Of a DNA stretch of 64,000 nucleotides, positions 1 to 10,882 are shown one piece after another. Made by a program: the position numbers and the translations under genes. Every line of letters starts with the position of its first letter. Position 1 is the stretch's first letter. The DNA is from Vulcanimicrobiota bacterium. GTDB lineage: Bacteria; Vulcanimicrobiota; Vulcanimicrobiia; Vulcanimicrobiales; Vulcanimicrobiaceae. Below the pieces are notes generated by a model. That model saw only the letters and a list, made by a program, of their open reading frames with translations, searched no databases and was not told where the DNA came from. The stretch is taken from positions 1-64,000 of the forward strand of contig CAVRQT010000002.1 in the NCBI GenBank assembly GCA_963723515.1. Reading direction: 5' to 3'.

Positions 1-2
1 CC

Positions 3-599
3 GATGGAACGGTGCTTGCGCTCGCCTCACAGCGTGCAGAAGCGACGCTGATGCAAACCGTCGCGATCGAGGACGCGCGACCAAACCGCATCGCATTGCG
101 TGCGCCATCGAAGCCGCGGGGGCACAAGCGCGTCCTGCACATCGCGATCACCGCGCACGAAGTCGACGGCGATCGGATGCGAGAGATTGTCGGCGCGGAC
201 TACCTCGTTGGATCGGGCAGCTGCGTCGACGATGCTCTCCTTGAAGCTGCCGCGGCCGCCGAAGTGACCGACGACGTGGTCGCCGATCCTGCGGGACTCG
301 TCGCTTATCGCTTGGCGGGATACCAGTTGCTTATTTGGCACAGCGATCTCAGCGATCAAGAATGGATGAAGAGGCTTGCACGCGCTCGCGCACTCGAACT
401 GCGGCTCTTCATAATCGTCATTAAGCGACGCTGCATTGCCTTTGCGGTCGATCCGGACGGTGCGATCGTTTGCGGCACGTTCGGGCGACTGCGCGTCGCA
501 AACTTCTTCTTCTCGCCGCTTCGGACGACACAGACTGCCGTTGCCCCCGCGACTGACATCATTGAAGGACTCGAACGCGCCTCACTAACGCCCGCATAA
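3..599 (+). CDS. C-terminal part of a carbon-nitrogen hydrolase (nitrilase)-like protein, 5' truncated by the window edge
   Basis: 'RARALELRLFII...AFAVDPDGAIV' resembles the nitrilase C-terminal motif; a second 'PDGTVLA' at the window start suggests a duplicated domain. Confidence 0.45.
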   Translation, partial: DGTVLALASQRAEATLMQTVAIEDARPNRIALRAPSKPRGHKRVLHIAITAHEVDGDRMREIVGADYLVGSGSCVDDALLEAAAAAEVTDDVVADPAGLVAYRLAGYQLLIWHSDLSDQEWMKRLARARALELRLFIIVIKRRCIAFAVDPDGAIVCGTFGRLRVANFFFSPLRTTQTAVAPATDIIEGLERASLTPA

Positions 600-602
600 A
601 CG

Positions 603-1856
603 GTGCAGACTGCAAGCCGGTTGAAACATCCGCGCGCTCTGATCGTTCTGGCCGCAACCTTCCTCGCGGCAATATCACTGGCACCGGCGCCACGTATCGC
701 ACAGTACGGCGCGGGAAGCTTTACGATCGAAGTCGACCGCGGCCCGTACATCGGCGGCACGACAATTCCAATCAAAACACGCGGAACCAGCCAAACGCCG
801 ACCTTTTCCGTGCTGGGGCCGGGCGCGATCGAGCAATCCTCATACATCGTTCCGATCACGCAAACGCATTTGACCGCAACGCTGATCGGAGCAACGCGCG
901 GTGCCGTCGCGCTGCAAGAGCTCGACTTGGTTCCGCCGCCCGCCCCGCATTTGCCTTTGATTGCCGTCGCAACATACTACAGCGGGATCGTGCTGCATTC
1001 ACCACGAGATTTTCATATTGTCGGTATCGTGCCGATCGACGGAGCCGCCGGAGATGTCGCTCGCGCGCCGAGCGGGAAGCTCTACGTGCCGGCAACCGAT
1101 TCGAGCACGTTGTTCACTATTTCGCGCGTTCCATGGACCGTTCGACGCATCGATGGCGTTGCGTTCGGCAATGAAGCGGTCGTCGATCCAAGTGACGACG
1201 CGGTCTTCGTCAGCAATCGCGACGTCGGCGGCAAAGGGGCGTTGACGCGCATCCGCGACAGCGGCGTCGATCGCGTCGTGACCGGCACCACCGCCGAGGG
1301 GCTGGCGCTGGATCAATCCCGCCATCTCATCTATGTCGGCAATATCAATGACGGCACCGTCGCGGAAATCGACACGCGTACGCTACAGCTCTTACGCGAA
1401 GTGCGCTCCGTGCCGCGTACGTTCGGCATGGCTCTCGATGCAGTGCACCGGCTGCTCTTCGTCGTCTCGAACCAAAATGTCGGCATGGCGGGCGGCGGCT
1501 ACGTCGCTGCAATCGACTTGCGGCGCTCCTCAGGACAGATCATCGCGCGTTCCGCAAAGTTCCCGTTCCCGATCGGCATCGCATTCGAGCCGCGTCATAA
1601 CACGCTCTTCGTCACGGACGAAGATGCGGCGCAAGTCTACGTGCTCGATGCACACACGCTGCGCGCGCGTCATCCGCCATTGCGCGCCTGCGCGGTTCCA
1701 TGGCGTCCGCATCTCGACGCGGCAAGCCGCCGTTTGTTCGTTCCCTGCGCGCGAGCGAATCGCATCGCGGTCTTCGATGTCGATCGTTTGCGCGCGGTGA
1801 ACGGATCACCGTTCGCCACAGGAAGGTATCCGTTGAGCGTTGCAACGTCCGGGTGA
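603..1856 (+). CDS. Secreted YncE/YVTN-type beta-propeller protein
   Basis: Signal-peptide-like N-terminus; repeated 'P.G.A.D....LFV' blades. Confidence 0.75.
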   Translation: MQTASRLKHPRALIVLAATFLAAISLAPAPRIAQYGAGSFTIEVDRGPYIGGTTIPIKTRGTSQTPTFSVLGPGAIEQSSYIVPITQTHLTATLIGATRGAVALQELDLVPPPAPHLPLIAVATYYSGIVLHSPRDFHIVGIVPIDGAAGDVARAPSGKLYVPATDSSTLFTISRVPWTVRRIDGVAFGNEAVVDPSDDAVFVSNRDVGGKGALTRIRDSGVDRVVTGTTAEGLALDQSRHLIYVGNINDGTVAEIDTRTLQLLREVRSVPRTFGMALDAVHRLLFVVSNQNVGMAGGGYVAAIDLRRSSGQIIARSAKFPFPIGIAFEPRHNTLFVTDEDAAQVYVLDAHTLRARHPPLRACAVPWRPHLDAASRRLFVPCARANRIAVFDVDRLRAVNGSPFATGRYPLSVATSG

Positions 1857-1862
1857 ATTCCC

Positions 1863-4017
1863 GTGAAACGTTTGCTATCGGCGGCGCTTATCGTCGCGAG
1901 TTTGGTTTGGCGCGCGGAAGCGGCGACACCGCTGCCTACGACCTTGCATCCGCCGCCACCGTTTCCGGCGATCGTCGGCACCGACGCAACTTCTGAATTC
2001 GTCGCCCCGGGCGTCGCGTACGGCGAGTATCAACTTCTAACTGCAGGCGGCCCCCTAAGCATCCACGTTCTCTTCGCCGATCCGAAGGAACCGACGCTGC
2101 GCATCGATAGCGTGCTTGCTTCGGATCACATCATCTCGCGCGGGGAGCGCCTCTCTGAGATGGCCGCACGAACCGGTGCGATCGGCGGAATCAATGCCGA
2201 CTACTTCGATATTGACAACACGAATCAACCGCTTGGCGCGGTCGTGCGCTCCGGTCAACTGGTCAAGACGCCGAACGCCCAAGCGGCGCTCGCCATTACG
2301 CACGATCACCGCGCAATCATCGACCGCCTGCGCTTCAGCGCGACGGTTGCAGCCGCCGCTTCCGATCCTGCAGCGCAATCCGATCAACAGACAGGAACCG
2401 CCCCGCTAACCGGCATCAACACTTGGCCGCCCGAAGGCGGTGCGTCGTTGATGACGCCGGCGTTCGGCAATCTGCCGGCGGCCTCGGGCGTCGTCGTTGT
2501 GGCAGCTTCAGCCGCTCGACGAACCGCCCAAAACGTTCGGCCGCTATCGCGTTTCGCGCGTCTCAAACGCCGACCAGACGCTCGCGCCCGAATATGCGCT
2601 GGCCTTGGGTCCCGCCGCATTGGCAACGATGCATGCACCGCAGCCGGGCGACATTATGACGCTAACCGACAATTCGGCGCTGGATCGCTTTTGGGCAGTC
2701 ATCGGCGGCGGGCCGCTTCTCGTGCACGACGGGCGTCCTTTTTCGGATCCGAATCCTCCGGCTGCGAGTGAAACGAACGTCCGTTTCCCTGTCTCCGGCG
2801 CCCTGATCCGGTTCGACGGAACGTTGTTGCTCGTCGAAGTCGACGGGCGCTCGCTGGATTCCGTCGGTCTGACGCGCCCGCAACTCGCTGCGCTCATGAT
2901 GGCGTTCGGCGCGCGCGACGGGCTGGCGTTCGACAGCGGCGGCTCGGCGACGATCGTCGTACGGCGCCTCGGCGATCGGGCGGCGACGCTGCAGAACGTG
3001 CCCTCCGACGGGATGGAGCGGCCGATCGCTGATGGTCTCTTCCTTTATAGTGACGCTGCGCAGGGGCCCCCGGCCAGGCTGGTGTAAGGCCTGAGGCCAT
3101 CCGCGCATTACCTGGCGCCCGCATTGCACTGCGGGTTGCCGCCACGGACTTTGCCGGCCATCCGGTACCGCTGCCCGCAGCCCTTGCGAAGCTCGGTTTC
3201 GTCCGCCGCACTCGGCACCGTGCCATCACCGGATCAGTTTGTCGCGGGCACTCGTGCGGTTGTGGGCGATTTGCGGGTAAAGAGCGGCAAGTTGTTGGCG
3301 AATGTTCCAGTTGAAATCTTCACTCGCGTGCAGCGAGTCATGATCCAACCGCAGCAAACGCACCTTATGCCGGGGCAGTCAACGCAGCTCTCGCTTCTGG
3401 CGTACGACCGCCACGGTGCAGCAATTACTACGGCTTCCGCGGTTCGCTGGAGCACAAGCGCGGGCCGCATCACTTCCGACGGCCGCTTCGTTGCCGGAAG
3501 CAGCGATGCGCTCGTGCGCGCGATAGCCGGCGATCAGAGCGCGGAACAGACGATTCGTGTCGGCGAGCATTTGATCGACTTTCCGTTCGGCTCGCAATGG
3601 CACTTCAACAGCGCACCAGCCGGCGGTCCCGGAGCGATTGCATTCGGCGCGACATGCGCAACGTGCGTTTCACTGCGCTACAACTTCACCGGAACCGAGC
3701 GCGCCGCATATTTGGCGACCAACCGGAACCTGCCTGATTTCCCGATCGGCTTGCGCCTCGACGTCAACGGAGATGGCCAAGGTGAGGTTCTCCGCGTCGC
3801 GATCAGCAACGCGCTCGATGAACGCTTTCTGCTAACTGTTGCGCGCGTCACGTGGCATGGTTGGCAGATGCGCGAAGTACGTTTTCCATCAACGCTGCTG
3901 CCGCCGCTTTCGCTGCAAGCCATTTACGTCGTCAACGCGCTGCGTTCGACTCCGCTGCACACCGCCGGAGAAATCGGGTTTCGTAACGTTAAGGTCATTT
4001 CGGCAGGGAGTCGCTGA
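1863..4017 (+). pseudogene. Secreted phosphodiester glycosidase (NAGPA family) with Ig-like and carbohydrate-binding-like C-terminal domains; split by about 3 frameshifts (possibly assembly errors)
   Basis: GINADYFD, IGGGPLLV, VEVDGR and DSGGSAT motifs lie in successive frames; frame changes near 2500, 3085 and 3180. Confidence 0.7.
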
Positions 4018-4018
4018 C

Positions 4019-5479
4019 ATCGACTTCGATCCATGCGGCGCGCGCGCGCTCGATACGGCGACCAAACGCGGCGCGCAGTATGCCGACATTCGATTCGAAG
4101 TCGCTCGCAGTGAGGAGCTCGAGGTTCGCAACGGGGTCGTTTCGAGTCTTGCGGACGCAACGACGCGGGGTTACGGTATCCGAGCATATGTCGACGGCGC
4201 GTGGGGATTTGCGGCCGGCTCCGACTTCGAAGGCGGCGGCATCGACCGGACCGCCGCGCGCGCCGTCGGAATTGCGAAGGCAGCCGCCGACGATTCAAAC
4301 CGCCGCATCGCGTCGTTGCCTTCAGCCGCCTATACCGATCGATTCGTCAGCGCATTCACACAAGATCCGGCCGGCGTGCCGCTGGAGAGACGCGTCGAAC
4401 TACTGCTCGAAGCGGAGAAGCGGCTTCACGTCGACACACGGATTAGAGCAGGTCGTGCGTGGATCGAACTTTGGCGCACGGAGAAGACCTTTTACAGCAC
4501 GATCGGTTCGCGCATCGAGCAGACGACTTATCAAAGCGGCAGCGGTATTCAAGCGATCGCCGCCGATGAAGGGGACATGCAGGTGCGCAGCTTTCCAGGC
4601 GACATCGGACTTTACGCTACAGGCGGTTGGGAGGTCATCGAGCGCGCGCAATTGCGTGAGAATGCCGCACGCATCGGAGAAGAGGCGGTTGCGCTGCTCA
4701 GCGCGCCGCAGTGCCCCGCAGGCGAGATGGATCTGATCTTGGGCGGCTCGCAAATGTCGCTCCAAATCCATGAGTCGTGCGGCCATCCCGCCGAGCTCGA
4801 CCGCGTCATGGGGTGGGAAGCGAATTTTTCCGGCGTCAGTTTTCTTGAAATCACCCAGCTCGGAAAGTTGAAATACGGCTCGGACATCGTGACGATCGTC
4901 GTCGACAACACCTTGCCGGAGGGCCTAGCGACCGTCGGTTACGATGATGAAGGCACGAAGTCCGTACAATCGGATATCATTCGTAACGGCATGCTCGTCG
5001 GCTACGAGATGTCCAATGAGACAGCGCACACCATTGGGCGCCGCAGCAACGCGTGCGTTCGCGCGCAAAGTTGGGAATTCGTGCCGATGATCCGGATGTG
5101 CAATCTCAACCTGCTGCCCGGCACCACCCCGTTCGAGGCGCTTTTCGATGACGTCAAAGACGGCGTCTATATGGAGTCAAACCGTTCGTGGTCGATCGAC
5201 GACCATCGGCTCAACTTCCAGTTCGGATGTCAGATCGGATGGGAAATCCGCAACGGAAAACGCGGCCGCATGCTGCGTAATCCAACATACGGCGGCATCA
5301 CGCCGCAATTTTGGAATTCTTGCGACGCGATCGCCGATCGAACATCGTGGGTTGCTTGGGGGACGCCGCATTGCGGCAAAGGTGAACCGATTCAAATCGG
5401 CCGCACCGCCCAATGCGCGAGCCCGGCGCGCTTTCGAAAAGTGAAAGTCGGCGTCGGTTATGCGCGACAAACGGCATGA
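4019..5479 (+). CDS. tldD: TldD/PmbA family metalloprotease, TldD subunit; start uncertain (SD followed by ATC at 4019)
   Basis: HESCGHPAELD motif, YDDEG, IRMCN, CGKGEP. Confidence 0.9.
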   Translation: MDFDPCGARALDTATKRGAQYADIRFEVARSEELEVRNGVVSSLADATTRGYGIRAYVDGAWGFAAGSDFEGGGIDRTAARAVGIAKAAADDSNRRIASLPSAAYTDRFVSAFTQDPAGVPLERRVELLLEAEKRLHVDTRIRAGRAWIELWRTEKTFYSTIGSRIEQTTYQSGSGIQAIAADEGDMQVRSFPGDIGLYATGGWEVIERAQLRENAARIGEEAVALLSAPQCPAGEMDLILGGSQMSLQIHESCGHPAELDRVMGWEANFSGVSFLEITQLGKLKYGSDIVTIVVDNTLPEGLATVGYDDEGTKSVQSDIIRNGMLVGYEMSNETAHTIGRRSNACVRAQSWEFVPMIRMCNLNLLPGTTPFEALFDDVKDGVYMESNRSWSIDDHRLNFQFGCQIGWEIRNGKRGRMLRNPTYGGITPQFWNSCDAIADRTSWVAWGTPHCGKGEPIQIGRTAQCASPARFRKVKVGVGYARQTA

Positions 5480-6807
5480 ATAAGCACGAGCGCGAGGAGC
5501 TGGCCGAGCACATTCTCTCGTATTCCGAGGCCGATCAAACCGAAGTCGTCGTAACCGCTGAAGATGCCTCTTGGAGCCGCTTCACACGAAACGCCATCCA
5601 TCAAAATCTTGCCTATGCGGACACCAACGTTTCGGTTCGAACGATCGTCGACAATCGAACCGGCGTTGCGCGCACGAACCTTCTCACGGCAGACGCACTG
5701 CACGAGACCGTGCGCCGAGCGATCGCAATGGCGCGGCTTGCGCCGCGCGATCCGGCGCAGCCCCCGCTGCCGGAGCAGGATCGCTACAGCTTCGCGGAAG
5801 GCGCTTTCGCGCCCAGCACGGCGCAAGCGACGCCGCAGTTGCGCGCAAGCTTATGTGAAGCGCTTTTTCACAGCGCTCGGTCCCGCGACTTTTGGTGCGC
5901 CGGTTATGCGCGCACGGCGCAAGCCGGCATCTCCATTCTGAATTCGCACGGCGCACGGGCCTCCTTTGACGGAACCGATGCGGGAATCAACGTGAAAATG
6001 AATGCCGCCGATTCGAGCGGCTACGCCGAGGCGTACTCGACCGACGTCTCGGCGCTCGATGCGGCTCAGCTCGGCGAACTCTCCGCGCAAAAGGCGACGG
6101 CAGCGAAAGCGCCGCGCGCCGTTACGCCCGGGCATTGGACGGTGATCCTTGAACCGGCGGCCTTCGGCGAGTTCTTTCATTGCATCGCACATCATTTTTC
6201 GGCGCAGGCAGTGGACGAAGGATCGTCGTTCCTGTGCGACACGCTCGACCGCAAGTGCGCCGGCTCCAACGTGACGATTTGGGACGATTATGCGCATCCG
6301 CTCGCGCCGGGAATGCCGTTCGATTTCGAAGGCGCGCCCACGCAACGCATCGCGCTGGTGAAAAACGGCGTAGCGGCCGCGTACGTTACGGACAGCTATT
6401 GGGCCGCCAAATTACAAAAAGCAAACACCGGTCATGCGCTGCCCGCGCCGAATACGATGGGGCCGATGCCGCGCCACACGGTCGTGGAAGCCGGTACCAA
6501 ACCACTGGAGCAGCTGATTGCCGAAACGGAGCGCGGCCTATTAGTGACGCGTTTTTGGTATTTGCGGCCCGTTGACGAACGGCGAACGATCATCACCGGC
6601 ATGACCCGCGACGGAACCTTCTTGATTGACGGGGGCAAAGTAACGCACGGAGTGCACAACCTGCGATTCAATCAGAGCGTTCTCGAAGCGCTCGGGGAAT
6701 GTGAATTCTCCGATGCGCAACGTCGAACGGCGTCGTATCACTACTCGACAGTCGTTCCCGCGGTAAAAATCGAGCGTTTCGACTTCACGAGCGAAACCGA
6801 TTTCTAA
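5476..6807 (+). CDS. pmbA: TldD/PmbA family protein (TldE/PmbA subunit)
   Basis: RFTRNAIHQN, PFDFEG, TGMTRDG; ATGA overlap with the tldD stop. Confidence 0.85.
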   Translation: MNKHEREELAEHILSYSEADQTEVVVTAEDASWSRFTRNAIHQNLAYADTNVSVRTIVDNRTGVARTNLLTADALHETVRRAIAMARLAPRDPAQPPLPEQDRYSFAEGAFAPSTAQATPQLRASLCEALFHSARSRDFWCAGYARTAQAGISILNSHGARASFDGTDAGINVKMNAADSSGYAEAYSTDVSALDAAQLGELSAQKATAAKAPRAVTPGHWTVILEPAAFGEFFHCIAHHFSAQAVDEGSSFLCDTLDRKCAGSNVTIWDDYAHPLAPGMPFDFEGAPTQRIALVKNGVAAAYVTDSYWAAKLQKANTGHALPAPNTMGPMPRHTVVEAGTKPLEQLIAETERGLLVTRFWYLRPVDERRTIITGMTRDGTFLIDGGKVTHGVHNLRFNQSVLEALGECEFSDAQRRTASYHYSTVVPAVKIERFDFTSETDF

Positions 6808-7703
6808 GCCCCGCATACCAGCCTAAACCGCCGAAGAATCCGGCAACGCCGACCAGGAGAACCGGCAATGCCGGAGCTGACGCTATGACGACCTGCGGAT
6901 AGTCCTCGATCGCCGCGCCGATCACAACGCCGTCAATATGCACCCGCGTATCGCTCGCAAGCAATCGCATCGCGCCCGGAAGAACTCTTCCATGTTGATC
7001 TTCGACCGCCACGAGAAGCGCTGGACGCAGCGGCAGAACGATTTTGAATCTGGCTGAGCGTGGCCGGGGGAAAGAAGACAACCTTCACAACACGCTGCAC
7101 GGCCGGCAGCGAAAATGAATCGACCGGCAAGTTTCGTCCGCCGATCTTGGCAGTTTGCGAAAAGAGCAGCACCGGCGAGAGAAAGGATGCGTTTGCCGGT
7201 TGCGTGATCGTCAAGCGCCGGCCGGAAGTATCTGCCGCCGACAGCACGGCGACGGAATGAGGCTCGCTCCACATCACGTACGCGCCGGAGTATCGCCGGC
7301 GGCCCTCAACGATCTCGAAACTTCGTCCCCCTCCAGCCGCAAACCGCACCGCTTGTGCATTGCTCCTCGGACCGGTAAGAAAAGGAAAGGCTAAACTTCC
7401 GGACGGTTCATTTACCGGAATCGTAGCGCCCGGCGCGGCGGCGTACGTCTGCGTGTCGGGCCCGAGCAAGCCCGCAGCCAATCCCAATAGCGTCACAAGC
7501 GTCGCCGATGCGGTTACGCAAAACAGCGGCTTCAGCGACGCATCTGGCAGGCGAGAACGCTTCTTCAGTCGCCACAGCAGCAGCGCCGCGAGCGCTGCAA
7601 GGACCAGCGCATAGGAGCCGCTGTGAAACCACCACTTCCCAGGAGCAACGTCTTGAAGCACAACCGCGGCGATGCACGCCGCGGCTAAGACAACGATCAC
7701 CAA
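6785..7703 (-). CDS. ResB/CcsB-like membrane protein (cytochrome c biogenesis-like), one frameshift near 7065
   Basis: Three N-terminal TM segments with 'WFHS', a soluble domain, and a C-terminal TM in the next frame after a G5 run; downstream of a TlpA/ResA gene. Confidence 0.5.
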
Positions 7704-7727
7704 AGCACGATTCTCCCTACGCCACGA

Positions 7728-8258
7728 TCAGAGCAGCGGCGCGACGGCCGCCTTCATTTGATCGAAGGTCAGCGCGCCGTCGAAGCCCTGTACGACCGTG
7801 CCGCTCGAGTTGATGATGATCGTCGTCGGCAAACCCAGCGCCGCGTACACGCGCCCGTACGATTGATTCTGATCGAGAAGGACCGGCAATTGAATGTGCA
7901 GTGCGCGTGCGAATGCGCGCGCTCGATCGGCTGATTCGCCTTCGTTGACCGCGATGACCGCAAGCTTTCGGGCGCGATAGGTATCGTAGAGCCGTTGAAG
8001 ATCGGGCAATTCCGCGCGGCACGGCGGACACCACGACGCCCAAAGATTGAGCACCACGATGCGGCCGCGGAAATCGTTCAGCGAACGCACCGGTCCGTCG
8101 AGCTCTTGAACGGCAAAGCTTTGCGCGCGTGATCCGCTCAGCGACGCGGGACCGATGCTTCTCTGCGTTGTTCCGGATTGCCAATAGACCGCGATCACGC
8201 CAATCACAACAAGCGCGACAATACCGCTCGCAATCAATGTCACTGCGCGATTACGCAT
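7728..8258 (-). CDS. TlpA/ResA family thiol-disulfide reductase
   Basis: N-terminal TM anchor; LNLWASWCPPC; LPTT. Confidence 0.9.
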   Translation of the reverse strand: MRNRAVTLIASGIVALVVIGVIAVYWQSGTTQRSIGPASLSGSRAQSFAVQELDGPVRSLNDFRGRIVVLNLWASWCPPCRAELPDLQRLYDTYRARKLAVIAVNEGESADRARAFARALHIQLPVLLDQNQSYGRVYAALGLPTTIIINSSGTVVQGFDGALTFDQMKAAVAPLL

Positions 8259-8311
8259 CGCAAGCCGTTCGCATTCGAGGGTTCCTCACTTGCTCTCCGA
8301 AAGCGCGTGCC

Positions 8312-9166
8312 GTGCCCGCGAAGATTATCGACGGACGTGCGGTTGCGGCGGAGATACGGAGCGAGCTCATCGGCCGCACTACTGCGCTGCGCCAAGCCGG
8401 TATTCATCCTCGACTGTTGATCGTCGCTGTTGACGGAGATGCGGCAATTGCATCATATATTTCGGCTCTGCAACGAACCGGTCAAAAGGTCGGCATCGAC
8501 GTTCAGCTCGAGCAGCTTTCGGAAGATGCAACCGCGCACGAAGTGCGCGAACGGCTCACGCGAGCCGGGACCGACGATGCGATTCATGGCGTCTTACTGC
8601 AGCAGCCGCTGCCGCAGCATCTCCCGATCCGGGCGATTGCAGATTCGATGCCGGTCCACAAAGACGTTGACGGAACGCACCCGACAAATCAGGGTCACCT
8701 GGCATTCGGCCGTCAACCTGAATTCGTGCCGGCAACGCCGGCTGCGGTGATGGCTCTTCTCGAGCGCAGTCCGAGTTGGCCCCTGGCGGGACGGCGCGCA
8801 GTGATGATCGGACGCTCGGCAGTCGTGGGACTGCCCGTCGCGACGCTCCTGATCGCGCATAATGCGACGGTCACCGTCTTGCATCGCAGCTCGCAAAGTT
8901 TACAGCCGTACACCAAACTTGCCGACGTTGTCATCGTGGCGGTCGGCGTGCCCGGATTGATCACCGGGTCGATGATCGCCGAAGGCGCGACAGTGATCGA
9001 CGTCGGCACAACGCCGTTTAATGGCGAGATGAGAGGAGATGTCGATTTCGAATCCGCAATCGAAACAGCGGGAGCGATCACGCCTGTACCCGGCGGCGTC
9101 GGCCCCGTGACGAACATGGCGCTTCTGCGCAACGTGATTAAAGCCGCGGAGGGAAAACTACGATGA
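8312..9166 (+). CDS. folD: Bifunctional methylenetetrahydrofolate dehydrogenase/cyclohydrolase
   Basis: IIDGR start, QQPLP, KDVDG, GRSAVVG, ITPVPGGVGPVT. Confidence 0.95.
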   Translation: MPAKIIDGRAVAAEIRSELIGRTTALRQAGIHPRLLIVAVDGDAAIASYISALQRTGQKVGIDVQLEQLSEDATAHEVRERLTRAGTDDAIHGVLLQQPLPQHLPIRAIADSMPVHKDVDGTHPTNQGHLAFGRQPEFVPATPAAVMALLERSPSWPLAGRRAVMIGRSAVVGLPVATLLIAHNATVTVLHRSSQSLQPYTKLADVVIVAVGVPGLITGSMIAEGATVIDVGTTPFNGEMRGDVDFESAIETAGAITPVPGGVGPVTNMALLRNVIKAAEGKLR

Positions 9167-9279
9167 AGAATCCGTTGGACTCACTCTGGGGGACCGTCAT
9201 CTGCGGAGTGATCCTCACGATCGTCCTTTTCTTTATCGCGCGTGCGATCTATCCGCACGTGTCGGCGATCGGAGGGTAG
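9163..9279 (+). CDS. 38-aa single-TM small protein (MKNPLDSLWGTVICGVILTIVLFFIARAIYPHVSAIGG), below the ORF-track cutoff
   Basis: ATGA overlap with the folD stop, upstream GGAGGG, hydrophobic helix, fills the gap to the next gene. Confidence 0.65.
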   Translation: MKNPLDSLWGTVICGVILTIVLFFIARAIYPHVSAIGG

Positions 9280-9283
9280 CGCA

Positions 9284-9806
9284 GTGGATTGGTTATCAGC
9301 GATTCTCCGGTGGTTTCACTTCTTAGCCGGAGTCATGTGGATCGGCTTGCTGTACTACTTCAACTTCGTCAGCGCGCCGGCCACCGCGCAAGCCACCGCT
9401 GCCGGTGAAGCGGCACCGATCGGCAAGTACATCACTCCCTTAGCGCTCGTGTATTTTCGCTGGGCAGCCGTCGTCACGTGGGTCGTGGGCGCCGCCCTCT
9501 TAGGCAACAATCCTTACGGGCCCGGGCCCAACGGTCTGAACGGCTTCTTAGCCGCCTTTCAGTTTTCAGGGCCAGTATGCGCTGATCGGGTTCGGAGCGT
9601 GGCTCGGGACCATCATGCTCTTCAACGTCTGGGCGTTGATTTGGCCGAATCAAAAGAAGATTCTCGGCTTCGTTCCCGCGACGGATCCGGAGAAGGCAAA
9701 GGCGCGCCGCATTGCATTCCTGGCTTCGCGCACGAATACGATGCTCTCGATTCCGATGCTCTTCTTCATGGGCAGTTTTCACTTCAGCCAACTCTTCGCG
9801 CGCTAA
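9284..9806 (+). CDS. Urate_ox_N/PuuD-like membrane protein lacking a cytochrome c domain; frameshift near 9570
   Basis: RWFHFLAGVMWIGLLYYFNF, then GTIMLFNVWALIWPNQKK and ASRTNTMLSIPMLFFM in the next frame. Confidence 0.75.
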
Positions 9807-9824
9807 ACGCCGCCAACGGAACAG

Positions 9825-10391
9825 TTGCAGCGCCCGGTTCCGCCGCTCGTGGCGGAACTTGAAGATCGCGCGCGGCGCGACGGCATCACGACGATCGACC
9901 GTTCCTTAGGCCGCTTGCTCTCGACGCTCGTTCACTGCATGCAAGCGAATCGGATCGTCGAACTCGGGACCGGCTACGGCCATGCAACGTTGTGGATGTC
10001 CCTTGCGCTTCCGCCGGCCGGGAAGATTTGGACGATCGAGCCGTCGATCGAACGCACTCGCGTCGCGCAAGAGTACCTTGGACGCGCGGGAACGGCGAAG
10101 CAAGTCGAGATGATCAACTCGCCGGCACTCGATATTCTGCCGCGGTTCCCGCTGCGGAATTTGGATATCGTTTTCGTCGACGCGCCGCGCGAAGAATACG
10201 TCGCCTACCTCGAGGACGCGGTACCGCTGCTCAAGCGTTCAGGGCTGCTCCTCTTTCACGGGCTCGGCGATGCGGAGCATCCGTCAGCGGAGAGCGAGCC
10301 GTTCCTGCGCGTATTTCTCAATCGCAGCGACATCGACGCGACGATCGTTCCGGTCGGTGATGGCACCGGGATCGGTGCGCGCGTACGCTGA
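9825..10391 (+). CDS. O-methyltransferase (class I SAM-dependent)
   Basis: VELGTGYG, DIVFVDA, LLKRSG. Confidence 0.85.
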   Translation: MQRPVPPLVAELEDRARRDGITTIDRSLGRLLSTLVHCMQANRIVELGTGYGHATLWMSLALPPAGKIWTIEPSIERTRVAQEYLGRAGTAKQVEMINSPALDILPRFPLRNLDIVFVDAPREEYVAYLEDAVPLLKRSGLLLFHGLGDAEHPSAESEPFLRVFLNRSDIDATIVPVGDGTGIGARVR

Positions 10392-10879
10392 TGGCTCCGA
10401 TCGCCGGCGATGCATTTAAGGAAGCAATGCGACGCTTTCCGACCGGCGTCACGGTCGTCACCAGCGTCAAGAACGGTGAGCCGCGCGGCGTCACCGTAAG
10501 CGCCTTCGCGAGCGTTACACTCGAGCCGCCGACGATATTGATTTGCGTCAACCGTGAGGCGCGCAGCTACTTGTTTATCTCGAGCTCGAAAATCTTCTGC
10601 GTCAATGTCTTGAGCGCCGATCAGCAGCCGCTCGCGGAGCGCTTCGCGGCACGCATTCGCGAACGGCAGTTTGAAGGCGTGCCGTATTCGATCGATCGAA
10701 CGGGTGCTGCAGTATTGGAAGGCGTGCTCGCGCATTTGGATTGCGAGGTCGTCGAAGAACACCACGCCGGCTCGCACAGCATCTTCATCGGGCGCGTCAT
10801 ATCCCTAGCGGTGCGCAACGGATCGCCGCTTGGATATTTCGACGGCCGCTACCACGATTTTGCGCTCCGCACGTCCTAA
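10391..10879 (+). CDS. Flavin reductase family protein
   Basis: FPTGVTVVT, SVTLEPP, GSHSIFIGRV. Confidence 0.9.
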   Translation: MAPIAGDAFKEAMRRFPTGVTVVTSVKNGEPRGVTVSAFASVTLEPPTILICVNREARSYLFISSSKIFCVNVLSADQQPLAERFAARIRERQFEGVPYSIDRTGAAVLEGVLAHLDCEVVEEHHAGSHSIFIGRVISLAVRNGSPLGYFDGRYHDFALRTS

Positions 10880-10882
10880 GGG

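Noticed and set aside
3085..3087. Stop-codon readthrough in the NAGPA-like gene
   Set aside because: The stop is TAA and coding continues in a different frame, so this is a frameshift rather than Sec/Pyl recoding
3839..6807. tldD/pmbA as part of a RiPP biosynthetic cluster
   Set aside because: No precursor peptide, YcaO or other modifying enzyme nearby; this is the ordinary housekeeping pair
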